From Thermofilum adornatum (lineage in GTDB: Archaea > Thermoproteota > Thermoprotei > Thermofilales > Thermofilaceae), in NCBI RefSeq assembly GCF_000446015.1, contig NC_022093.1, forward strand, positions 1,710,001 to 1,742,000: a stretch of DNA of 32,000 nt. Direction: 5' to 3'. A program made the position numbers and the translations under genes. Shown piece by piece: positions 23,853 to 31,546 of this stretch. Every line of letters starts with the position of its first letter. The stretch's first letter is position 1. The notes under the pieces are model-generated. The model searched no databases and was not told the DNA's origin. It saw only the letters and a program-made list of their open reading frames with translations.

Positions 23853-24564
23853 CTATCTCTTTGGGAGACCCTTCCGCGAGAATACTTCCCTGATTCATTA
23901 CGCTGACTTTGTCTGCTACTTCGAGAACAACATCTATTTTGTGCTCGATCACTACAACTGTTTTCTTCATTTCGTCTCTCAGCTTTTTAATGAGACGTAC
24001 AATTGGTGCTACCTCCTCTAGAGATACGCCGGCCGTGGGCTCATCTAATGCTATGAGCTTTGGGTTTCCAGCAAGGGCAATAGCGATTTCTAGTTTCCGT
24101 TTGTCGCCTGGGGTGAGGCTACTTGCCAAAATGTTTGTCTTGCCGTAGAGGCCAGTTATGGAGGCAATCCGCATGGCTTCCCAGACAACATCTTTGTAAT
24201 GGCTTGTTGGATGAATGAAGTCCCATCTCACGTTTTTCCATTTTGCTTGGACAGCAAGCCTTATGTTTTCGAGAACAGTAAGGTTTGGGAAAATCGAATA
24301 TATTTGGAAAGACCTTGTTAGACCCAGGGAGCTAATGTAGTGAGGGGGTTTACCAGTTATATCTCTGTCCTCAAAATACACTTTACCACTTGTAGGTTTG
24401 AGGACTCCAGTAATCAAGTTAAATAGCGTTGTTTTCCCAGCACCGTTGGGACCTATTATAGCATGAACCGTGCCCTGCGCCACCTTCAGGTTAACATTGC
24501 TGACAGCTACGAGTCCACCGAAGCTCTTTGTGAGATTTTCTGTGCGTAGAATTATGCCTGACAT
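23812..24564 (-). CDS. livG: LIV-type ABC transporter ATP-binding protein, LivG-like
   Basis: TKSFGGLVAV, Walker A GPNGAGKTT, Walker B LIALDEPTAGV and the C-terminal QKIYLGE. Confidence 0.9.
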   Translation of the reverse strand: MSGIILRTENLTKSFGGLVAVSNVNLKVAQGTVHAIIGPNGAGKTTLFNLITGVLKPTSGKVYFEDRDITGKPPHYISSLGLTRSFQIYSIFPNLTVLENIRLAVQAKWKNVRWDFIHPTSHYKDVVWEAMRIASITGLYGKTNILASSLTPGDKRKLEIAIALAGNPKLIALDEPTAGVSLEEVAPIVRLIKKLRDEMKKTVVVIEHKIDVVLEVADKVSVMNQGSILAEGSPKEIVENREVQKIYLGE

Positions 24565-24565
24565 G

Positions 24566-25345
24566 TTAGATGCCCCTGAAAAATTCTAGCAATAATTGGT
24601 TGTATTCTTCGGGTCTTTCCCTGTGGGGCATGTGTCCTACGCCTTTCATTATGTGCGCCTTTGAGGTAGGCACCATGGCGTGCATTTCTTCGACGACCTC
24701 TGGTGGGGATATGTAGTCTAGCTCTCCAGAAATGAAGAGAACAGGGTTCCTAAGTGATCTGATTATGTCTCTGTAGCTTTTTTCTGTCGCAGCTTCAGCG
24801 CTCTGTATGTAGACACGTTTATCAGTTCGTGAGATTATCTCATAGATTTCTCGTTTTAATTCGGTAGATGCGTATGGCGACACAGCGAACTCAGCTACTT
24901 GGCTGGCTATTTCATGCATAGACATGTTTTCAAGAACTTCTGTCATTGCTGGTGGGTATTCAGGTGCAATGGCTTCGAGGACAATCTTCTCAAATCTTTG
25001 TAGATACAAGCGGTAAAGCTCTAGCAGGACTAGGCCGCCCATTGAGTAGCCTACCATGAGCGCTTTCTCTATCTTTTCGGCTTCGAGGACGCTTTCTACG
25101 TCTCTAGCAAAATCCTCCATTGATATCCTTTTTGGGGGAATCTGGCTTTCGCCGTGCCCGCGAAGGTCTAGTGCTAATACCCTGTACCCCCTAGCTGGGA
25201 AGAACTCTAACTGGGGTTTCCATGTAAGATGGCTTTCGCCCAAGCCGTGTACGAAGATTATTGGTGTTCCATTTCCTTCAGCAACATAGTGTATCTTTAT
25301 ACCGTCTTTTGATTTTGCATACCTGTGCTCTAATCCCTGCGACAT
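24566..25345 (-). CDS. alpha/beta-fold hydrolase
   Basis: HGLGES oxyanion region, nucleophile elbow GYSMGG, then a late Asp (GELDYI) and His (GVGHMP). 1-nt gap to livG. Confidence 0.85.
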   Translation of the reverse strand: MSQGLEHRYAKSKDGIKIHYVAEGNGTPIIFVHGLGESHLTWKPQLEFFPARGYRVLALDLRGHGESQIPPKRISMEDFARDVESVLEAEKIEKALMVGYSMGGLVLLELYRLYLQRFEKIVLEAIAPEYPPAMTEVLENMSMHEIASQVAEFAVSPYASTELKREIYEIISRTDKRVYIQSAEAATEKSYRDIIRSLRNPVLFISGELDYISPPEVVEEMHAMVPTSKAHIMKGVGHMPHRERPEEYNQLLLEFFRGI

Positions 25346-25347
25346 TT

Positions 25348-26145
25348 TTATTTCACCTCTCCCTTAAGAAAATTCGACACCAGTACATTAATTTCGCCCG
25401 GTTTTTCCCAAATAGAGACATGCCCACTTTCAACTTCAGCATATTTTCCATTGGGAAGCTCCTCAACTATCAACTTGGAGTATCTAGGCGGGAAGAATCT
25501 GTCATGAGTGCTGGCAACAACAAGAGTTGGCATTGTTAGTTTGGAGAGCTTTCCCCTCAGATCGAGCCTAAGAAAAGCTTTAATCATCTCTTCGAATGCT
25601 ACCATGTCTACAAGCTCGAAGTTAGGTGCCAAAGAAGAAATAAAGGAGAAACTGTTATTGATGAACTCGTCTGAGAATATGTCCGGAATCATTACTTGCC
25701 ACAGGAATCTACCTGACTTAAGCCGTGCCGCCAAAATCCACCTGTCGGCACGCAGTCTCAAGGCCTTGTCTACGGTGTGCGACGAATTTAGAATTACGAG
25801 TTTTTCGACTTGCTCGGAGAAGGCTAGCGCAGTAGCCAATGCTACTTTTCCGCCATAAGAGATGCCTGCAAGCGTAAAAGTGTTAATGCCCAAGTAATCT
25901 AACAGTTCCTTCAAGTCAGAAACATGTCTATCAATACTATAACCTGTCCTCGGCTTATCACTTTGTCCCTGACCACGCATATCATGTAGAACTACCTTAT
26001 AGCCTAGGTTCCTCAGATATTCTGCTTGAAGCCTCCATCCTACAGTATTCATCGTTATGCCATTGAGTAGCACTACCGTCTTTTCCCCTTCACCTTCGAC
26101 CTCGTAATAGATCTTTATACCGTCCGTTGTAGTGAAATACGCCAT
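25348..26145 (-). CDS. alpha/beta-fold hydrolase (distant tandem paralogue)
   Basis: Nucleophile elbow GISYGG, Asp region STHDRF, His region ESGHVS. It shares the N-terminal DGIKI(H/Y)Y block with its neighbour. Confidence 0.85.
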   Translation of the reverse strand: MAYFTTTDGIKIYYEVEGEGEKTVVLLNGITMNTVGWRLQAEYLRNLGYKVVLHDMRGQGQSDKPRTGYSIDRHVSDLKELLDYLGINTFTLAGISYGGKVALATALAFSEQVEKLVILNSSHTVDKALRLRADRWILAARLKSGRFLWQVMIPDIFSDEFINNSFSFISSLAPNFELVDMVAFEEMIKAFLRLDLRGKLSKLTMPTLVVASTHDRFFPPRYSKLIVEELPNGKYAEVESGHVSIWEKPGEINVLVSNFLKGEVK

Positions 26146-26150
26146 GGATC

Positions 26151-27722
26151 CTACACCTCTAACTTGTCTTCAGGTTTTCCATAAAGGATTTTAAGAGGCT
26201 GGCGAGCCACCTTCCCAGTCTCCGTGTAGACAAGTTGGGGAACAACTTCTACATACTTTGGTATTTTGTATTTCGCGAGCTTGTCTTTCAAGAAATCTAT
26301 GACTTCTTCTTTCGTTATCTTTTCTCCCTCCTTAAGTACAATCAATGCCTTTGGAACCTCCCCCCACTTGGGGTCAGGGACTCCTATAACCACTGCATCC
26401 TTAATCTTTGGATGCATAATCAAAAGCCTCTCAATTTCTTCTGGATACACGCTCTCTTCACCACTCCTAATGATGTTCTTAATTCTCCCAGCTATCCAGA
26501 AATAGCCTTCCTCATCTACCCTAGCAACGTCTCCCGTAGCCAGCCATCCATCCTTTATAATAGACTTCATCTCTTCCTCGTTTTTCAGGTATCCTGAAAA
26601 CACGCTTGGACCCCTTAGGTACAGCTCGCCCTCAACACCTCTGGGAGCCTCACTTCCATCTGGAAGAACAACCCTGGCCTCTATCAATAGGTTCGGTTTC
26701 CCAATCGACCCCATTTTCCTCTTAGCGTCCCATGGATCGAGAGCAAAAATACCTGGACCCATCTCGGTCATCCCAAAACCTTGTTTCTGGACAACACCCT
26801 TCTCAAATATTTTCTCGATGATGTCTGGCGTTAACGCTCCCCCGCCGCTTGTAAACCACCTAACGGATGAAAAGTCTGCGTCCTTGAAACGGGGCGAAGC
26901 AAGCAACATCCTAAGTTGCGTCGGAACCAGGAAGAGAAATGTTGGTCTCTCCTCTTCTACGAGGTCAATAAACCTATCAACATTCCATCTTCGCATTAGA
27001 ATACTTGTCCCTCCAAACATTAATAGAGGGATTAGATATGTGAAGGCACCAATGTGGAAGAGAGGTAACGTGTTGATTGTGACGTCGCCAGGTATAACCA
27101 AGTCCCTAACAGTGTTCAAGGCGTTCCAGAGAATCATCCTGTGACTTACTATTGTAAATTTTGGCTTTCCAGTTGTTCCACCAGTTTGTAGTATTAGGGC
27201 GGGGTCTTCGAGGCAACACGCCGTCGAGACATCATTGGAAGAGTATTTCTCATAATTAAACTCGTTTGGACAGTCATAGCACACTTTCTTCGTCTCTATG
27301 TTAGAGACGGTTTCTGAAAATTCTTTTTCATATAGGAGAACTTTTGGATTGACTTTATCAACAAACTCTTGAATTTCACGTGAAGTGTACCTCGTGTTTA
27401 TAGGAGCTAGGACACAGCCAATCTTGAAACATGCAAGAAGCGTGGCAACAAACTCTATGCGGCTCCACGAAAGAATAGCTACATAATCTCCCTTGCTTAT
27501 TCCGAAATTTTCCCGAAGAAAATTAGCAATCTTGTTGGACATCTCGTTTAGCTGTGCAAAGGACACCGTACGTAAGGGTATCGTTAGGTCGTCCTTGAGT
27601 GCTATCCAATTACCACTTATATCTGCTCTACGAGCTATCCAGTTGTTGACCCATTTTCCACACGTATAGATTCTCTCCAGAGACATATAATGCATGTTAA
27701 TAGGTGAAATCGTGTTATACAT
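26151..27722 (-). CDS. AMP-forming acyl-CoA synthetase/ligase (ANL superfamily)
   Basis: AMP-binding motifs TGGTTGKPK, GFGMTE, WLATGDV and GRIKNIIRSGEESVYPEEIE. The start is ambiguous between Met1, Met10 and Met13 (see findings). Confidence 0.9.
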   Translation of the reverse strand: MYNTISPINMHYMSLERIYTCGKWVNNWIARRADISGNWIALKDDLTIPLRTVSFAQLNEMSNKIANFLRENFGISKGDYVAILSWSRIEFVATLLACFKIGCVLAPINTRYTSREIQEFVDKVNPKVLLYEKEFSETVSNIETKKVCYDCPNEFNYEKYSSNDVSTACCLEDPALILQTGGTTGKPKFTIVSHRMILWNALNTVRDLVIPGDVTINTLPLFHIGAFTYLIPLLMFGGTSILMRRWNVDRFIDLVEEERPTFLFLVPTQLRMLLASPRFKDADFSSVRWFTSGGGALTPDIIEKIFEKGVVQKQGFGMTEMGPGIFALDPWDAKRKMGSIGKPNLLIEARVVLPDGSEAPRGVEGELYLRGPSVFSGYLKNEEEMKSIIKDGWLATGDVARVDEEGYFWIAGRIKNIIRSGEESVYPEEIERLLIMHPKIKDAVVIGVPDPKWGEVPKALIVLKEGEKITKEEVIDFLKDKLAKYKIPKYVEVVPQLVYTETGKVARQPLKILYGKPEDKLEV

Positions 27723-27726
27723 TTTA

Positions 27727-27743
27727 GGTTAACATTGTTAACC
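27727..27743. promoter_or_regulatory. perfect 17-bp palindromic operator candidate GGTTAACATTGTTAACC
   Basis: 7-3-7 inverted repeat in the divergent spacer between the acyl-CoA synthetase operon and the HTH_10 regulator gene. A near-identical copy lies at 30853..30868. Confidence 0.65.
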
Positions 27744-27880
27744 TTTGACATAATATTAATGACCGGGGTGCCATTCTTATCGTTGCTACAAGGATATTTC
27801 CTTCTCAACGATTAAAAGGTATCTCTTTTTCTATAGTTTTTACGACAGTAGGCTACATTATAAAAACACACTACAGAAAA

Positions 27881-27888
27881 TTTAAATA
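27881..27888 (+). promoter_or_regulatory. TATA-box candidate for the regulator gene
   Basis: TTTAAATA lies 29 nt upstream of ATG 27917. Confidence 0.45.
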
Positions 27889-27916
27889 GTTGTTTTCGTA
27901 ATATTTTGCATGGATA

Positions 27917-28651
27917 ATGATGTACATTGGAGTGTTCGACATTGAGCAATATGATTGCCCCGTTGTTAAATTGACCGAGAAAAGAGAAGGCGTTACAACA
28001 ACAGTTCTATCAGTAAATGTATCTGAACTTTCAAGGGGAGTAGAGCAGATCTTTTTAACAATTAAGAGTTCCGAGCAGGACAAGCTTAAGGACATTCTAG
28101 AAGTCGCGCAAACAATTCCCGAAGTAAAGAACTGTAAAGTACTTGGGAAGTCTGACGATGCATGGAGAATACTCATGAACATTAAAAAGACACATACAAT
28201 GGAGGCTAGTGTAAATCTTGGTGCAATGTTTGTTTCTCCGTGGATTGCGAGAAGCGGCGTTGAGAGGTGGACCCTAGGCTTCATAAGTAAGAAACAGTTC
28301 TACGATTTTCTGTCTTTGATCAGGGAAAGAGACCATGTAAAGAAATACTACTTGACAGAGGTAAAGGAGGAGGACTTTGTAACTGTTTCTGCAAACTATC
28401 TATCTATACTTAAATTGGTTTCGCAACTGAACAAGCTGACCCCCAATCAGCTGAACATGTTAAAGCTGGCTTTGTCTAAGGGATATTATTCGTGGCCGAA
28501 GGGGGTTGATAGCGTTGAACTATCAAGAATGCTAGGCGTTTCTCGTGTGAGTATAATTAAGTCGCTTAGGAAAGCTGAATACAAGGTGCTAGGTCCCGTT
28601 GTAGAATTTGTGTCAATGGTTAAGAAAGATTGGGAGAAAAACTACACTTAA
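27917..28651 (+). CDS. HTH_10 (bacterio-opsin-activator-type) transcription regulator
   Basis: The C-terminal LTPNQLNMLKLALSKGYYSWPKGVDSVELSRMLGVSRVSIIKSLRKAEYKVL matches the HTH_10 pattern LTxrQrevLxxAyexGYFexPRxxxxxeLAexLGisxstxxehLRrAexKl. The N-terminal ~165 aa are unassigned. Confidence 0.75.
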   Translation: MMYIGVFDIEQYDCPVVKLTEKREGVTTTVLSVNVSELSRGVEQIFLTIKSSEQDKLKDILEVAQTIPEVKNCKVLGKSDDAWRILMNIKKTHTMEASVNLGAMFVSPWIARSGVERWTLGFISKKQFYDFLSLIRERDHVKKYYLTEVKEEDFVTVSANYLSILKLVSQLNKLTPNQLNMLKLALSKGYYSWPKGVDSVELSRMLGVSRVSIIKSLRKAEYKVLGPVVEFVSMVKKDWEKNYT

Positions 28652-28655
28652 ATAA

Positions 28656-28669
28656 TTTTTTTATTTTTT
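28656..28669 (+). terminator. oligo-T tract after the regulator gene
   Basis: T7 (28656-28662) and T6 (28664-28669) begin 5 nt after the TAA stop. Confidence 0.5.
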
Positions 28670-28671
28670 CT

Positions 28672-29646
28672 CTAAGCCAGTGGAGATGCAATAGTGGTTC
28701 CTAGGTCTATGGGTATCACTATTCCTGTGAGTGCCTCGTTTTCCACCACGTGGTATGCCAATTTAGCAATTTCTTCCGGCTCGACGAGTCTCGCTATTGG
28801 AATCCTCCTTAAGTATTCTTGGAGGATCGGTGAAGGCACTGCGAGAGCCATCCTAGTCTTGGCGAATCCTGGAGCTATAGCTACGACTCTGATACCGTAG
28901 GGGGCAAGCTCCTTTGCAAGCGTCTTAGTGAGACCTATGAGTCCCGCCTTAGAAGCCGCATAATTTGCCTGGGCAATGTTTCCAAGCAATCCTACAATTG
29001 ACGAAATATTGATGATTACTCCCCCGCCGTTCCTTTTCATTATTGGGAAAACAGCTTTTGAGCATAGGAAAGCTCCCTTTAGATTCACATTTAATACGCT
29101 GTCCCAGTCTTCGTCCTTCATTCTCTCTAGATAAGTGTCACGTGTTATGCCAGCATTGTTTACCAATACATCGATCCGGCCGGCCAGCCGTAAAGCCTCT
29201 GATATGCCCTTAGAAACACTCTCACTCTTGCTGACGTCCATCTCTACGAAGTATGCCTCTACACCTAGGTTCTTTATAGCTTCGAGAGTTTTTTCTGCTT
29301 CCTGATCTCTCACTATATCCGCAATGACGACGTTGTAACCGTGCCGAGCAAACTCTAGTGATATTGCCGCTCCTATGCCTCTGCTTCCCCCGGTAACAAG
29401 GACGACTTTTCTTGGCTGATCGACACGCGGGATAAATACTGGGATTTTGCCGAAGACTGTCAATTCTTCTGTGAGTTCTCCTTCAGCTCCCTCCTTTACA
29501 AGCCCCATGTATTTTTGAGGTATTCTCGCGATTCTTTTTTCTCCATTTCCATTCTCAACTATGGCGACGATGTACGTAGACTTGTAGGGCTCTACAGGGG
29601 TCAGCAATTCGGTAAATATTCTTACTTTCCACGCCATTCCCTTCAC
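28672..29646 (-). CDS. fusion protein: DUF35-like OB-fold domain + FabG-type short-chain dehydrogenase/reductase (3-oxoacyl reductase-like)
   Basis: The C-terminal 245 aa form a classical SDR: TGGSRGIG, NNAG and the S..YAASK triad. The N-terminal ~78 aa (AWKVRIFTELLTPVEPYKSTYIVAIVENGNGEKRIARIPQ..GELTEELTVFGKIPVFIP) look like the OB-fold half of DUF35/acyl-CoA-associated proteins, without the Zn ribbon. GTGA start/stop overlap with the thiolase gene. Confidence 0.75.
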   Translation of the reverse strand: MKGMAWKVRIFTELLTPVEPYKSTYIVAIVENGNGEKRIARIPQKYMGLVKEGAEGELTEELTVFGKIPVFIPRVDQPRKVVLVTGGSRGIGAAISLEFARHGYNVVIADIVRDQEAEKTLEAIKNLGVEAYFVEMDVSKSESVSKGISEALRLAGRIDVLVNNAGITRDTYLERMKDEDWDSVLNVNLKGAFLCSKAVFPIMKRNGGGVIINISSIVGLLGNIAQANYAASKAGLIGLTKTLAKELAPYGIRVVAIAPGFAKTRMALAVPSPILQEYLRRIPIARLVEPEEIAKLAYHVVENEALTGIVIPIDLGTTIASPLA

Positions 29647-30818
29647 CTCTCAAAAACGATAACTACTGAAGTTGCCCCAGTCCCACCATGATTCTCAACT
29701 AAGCCTCTTTCTGCATCTTTCACTTGCCTGGCCCCGGCCTCACCCCTTAGCTGCCAGTATACCTCTGCGACCATGCCTACACCCGTTGCACCAATGGGGT
29801 GTCCCTTAGCCTTCAACCCACCACTTGGGTTTACTGGCTTAGATCCTGTGAATGCTGTTACCCCGTCCCTAATCAGCTTGTAGCCTTCGCCTCTCTGTGC
29901 AAGCCCAAGCATCTCGTAGAGAATTATCTCAGCGATTGTAAAGGCGTCGTGGACTTCGAAAAGGTCTATCTTTTCTGGGCCATATCCACTCATCTTGTAA
30001 GCTTCTTGGGCGGCTTGCCTGGCCGCCTCGATAGCTGACATGTCTTTTCTTTGGTAGACCCCTGAATAATCATGCTTCATAGCTATGCCGCTGATGTAGA
30101 CGGGTGTATCAGTATACTTTTTAGGCTCCGAGCTCATGAGAAGGGCTACGGCCCCATCGGAGAGTGGCGAGGCATCAAATAGTTTTAGGGGCGGTGATAT
30201 GTATGGAGACTTCAAGACGTCTTCAACTGTGATCTTCTTCTGAAACTGGGCGAGCGGGTTTCTTGTAGCGTTTTCATGGTTCTTTACGGCGACCAAGGCT
30301 AGGTCCTCTTCCTTTGCCCCGTAGCGGTTCATGTATTCTCTAGCTATTAAAGCATAGAGGCTTAGAAATGGAGCCCCCACTTTGTACTCTTCTGGCGCAC
30401 TTGTACGCATCAAGATCTCATTCGACTTTGCAGACGTCCCCACAGTGCTCATTTTTTCAAAGCCAACAATCAGGGCGTTTTTAAAGAAGCCAGCACTGAG
30501 AAGCTTGTGTGCAAGATAAACAGCTGTTGTACCAGCTGCACAGGCATTTTCAACCCTGAAGCCCGTAGCGTTTAGGTTCCCAATGTAGCTTGCTACAAGG
30601 GGGGCTGTATGCAGTAAGCCCCCGAAGGAGTCACTGTAGTTGGAGACTATGATTAGGTCTATTTCCTGCGGAGAAATCCCCTTCTCAACGCTTTTCAGGG
30701 CTCCCTCGACAGCTTCACGTATCATTTCGTGTGTCTCCTTTTGACTCCTGGCCTCATACTTTGTGCTATAGGCTCCTACAACGCCTATTCTACCGTTTTG
30801 GGGCGTTAGTGTCACCAA
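29643..30818 (-). CDS. thiolase-like acetyl/acyl-CoA C-acyltransferase (archaeal SCP-x/DUF35-associated type)
   Basis: Thiolase blocks RVENACAAGTTAVYLA (nucleophilic Cys), GHPIGATGVGM and NHGGTGAT. TTG 30818 or GTG 30815 start. Confidence 0.85.
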   Translation of the reverse strand: MVTLTPQNGRIGVVGAYSTKYEARSQKETHEMIREAVEGALKSVEKGISPQEIDLIIVSNYSDSFGGLLHTAPLVASYIGNLNATGFRVENACAAGTTAVYLAHKLLSAGFFKNALIVGFEKMSTVGTSAKSNEILMRTSAPEEYKVGAPFLSLYALIAREYMNRYGAKEEDLALVAVKNHENATRNPLAQFQKKITVEDVLKSPYISPPLKLFDASPLSDGAVALLMSSEPKKYTDTPVYISGIAMKHDYSGVYQRKDMSAIEAARQAAQEAYKMSGYGPEKIDLFEVHDAFTIAEIILYEMLGLAQRGEGYKLIRDGVTAFTGSKPVNPSGGLKAKGHPIGATGVGMVAEVYWQLRGEAGARQVKDAERGLVENHGGTGATSVVIVFER

Positions 30819-30852
30819 ATAGGAAATTTCAACACTTGCCTAAAAGCGGAGA

Positions 30853-30868
30853 GGTTAACATTGTTACC
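30853..30868. promoter_or_regulatory. second copy of the operator candidate (GGTTAACATTGTTACC)
   Basis: Identical to 27727..27743 except for one missing A in the right arm. It lies 35-38 nt upstream of the thiolase start and is followed on the minus strand by TCTCCGCTTTTAGG. Confidence 0.6.
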
Positions 30869-30881
30869 TAGATAGAAATAG

Positions 30882-30887
30882 AAAAAA
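30882..30887 (-). terminator. T6 tract directly after the secreted-enzyme gene stop
   Basis: The minus strand reads TAA-TTTTTT immediately after the stop at 30888. Confidence 0.45.
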
Positions 30888-31502
30888 TTAGAAGCCCAGG
30901 TCGCTTAGCCAGAGGGTGTATACATCTGAATCAGCCACTATTTCTCCTGGAAGAACGCCGTACCAGTTTTGCGGCAACCAGTAGTACGCGTCGATATCGA
31001 CGCCTGTCGTAGCCTTGTATGCCGCCCAGACAAGCTCAGAGCAGTAATAGGATGGGCCATATACTTGTTTGTAGTATCCGTTATAGTCGTATGTATAGCC
31101 AAGCTTGGAGTACGCCCAGTTGGCGGCACTTAGGGCTTGTGAGTCTGTCACGCCTTTGACCCTCAGAATTATGACAGCACTATAACGGGACATGAATTCG
31201 CTTAGAGTGTTTATTCTTACACCCTCGAATAGTGCCTCTACAACCAGCCAGTCGCCAATTGTTGGATCATATTTGTATAAAATGCCCGCATGGGACCAGT
31301 AGCCCACTATGGTATATTCCTGTCCAGGGTAATGACCAATTACGATGTCGCCTGGTCTAAGCGAGACGTTTGGATAGGGGTGCACGAAGTAGCCGTATGG
31401 GTGATAACTGTCGCTCGAGGAAGCCTGGAGCACAGGCATAGTAAAAGCCAGGAAAAACAGTAGCATGAAAAATGGTGCTGTGAATTGTTTCTTTTTTATC
31501 AT
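30888..31502 (-). CDS. secreted permuted papain-fold (NlpC/P60 superfamily, YiiX/YaeF-like) enzyme
   Basis: N-terminal signal-like FTAPFFMLLFFLAFTMPVLQASS. Block order is GDIVIGH.., then WSHAGILY (His), VVEALFEGV and YDYNGYY, and finally YYCSELVWAAY (Cys). His before Cys is the circular permutation of the YiiX/YaeF family. Confidence 0.6.
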   Translation of the reverse strand: MIKKKQFTAPFFMLLFFLAFTMPVLQASSSDSYHPYGYFVHPYPNVSLRPGDIVIGHYPGQEYTIVGYWSHAGILYKYDPTIGDWLVVEALFEGVRINTLSEFMSRYSAVIILRVKGVTDSQALSAANWAYSKLGYTYDYNGYYKQVYGPSYYCSELVWAAYKATTGVDIDAYYWLPQNWYGVLPGEIVADSDVYTLWLSDLGF

Positions 31503-31546
31503 TTGTCGATCAATATCTAGCCTTTTAAGATAAATAAAAGCATGTT

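Noticed and set aside
12868-24564. Non-canonical ABC signature motifs in both LivG-like ATPases (LSGAH.. and LTPGD.. instead of LSGGQ)
   Set aside because: LivG-family proteins generally deviate from LSGGQ (E. coli LivG has a YGQQ-type signature as I recall). This is a family trait, not evidence of a degenerate site specific to this locus.
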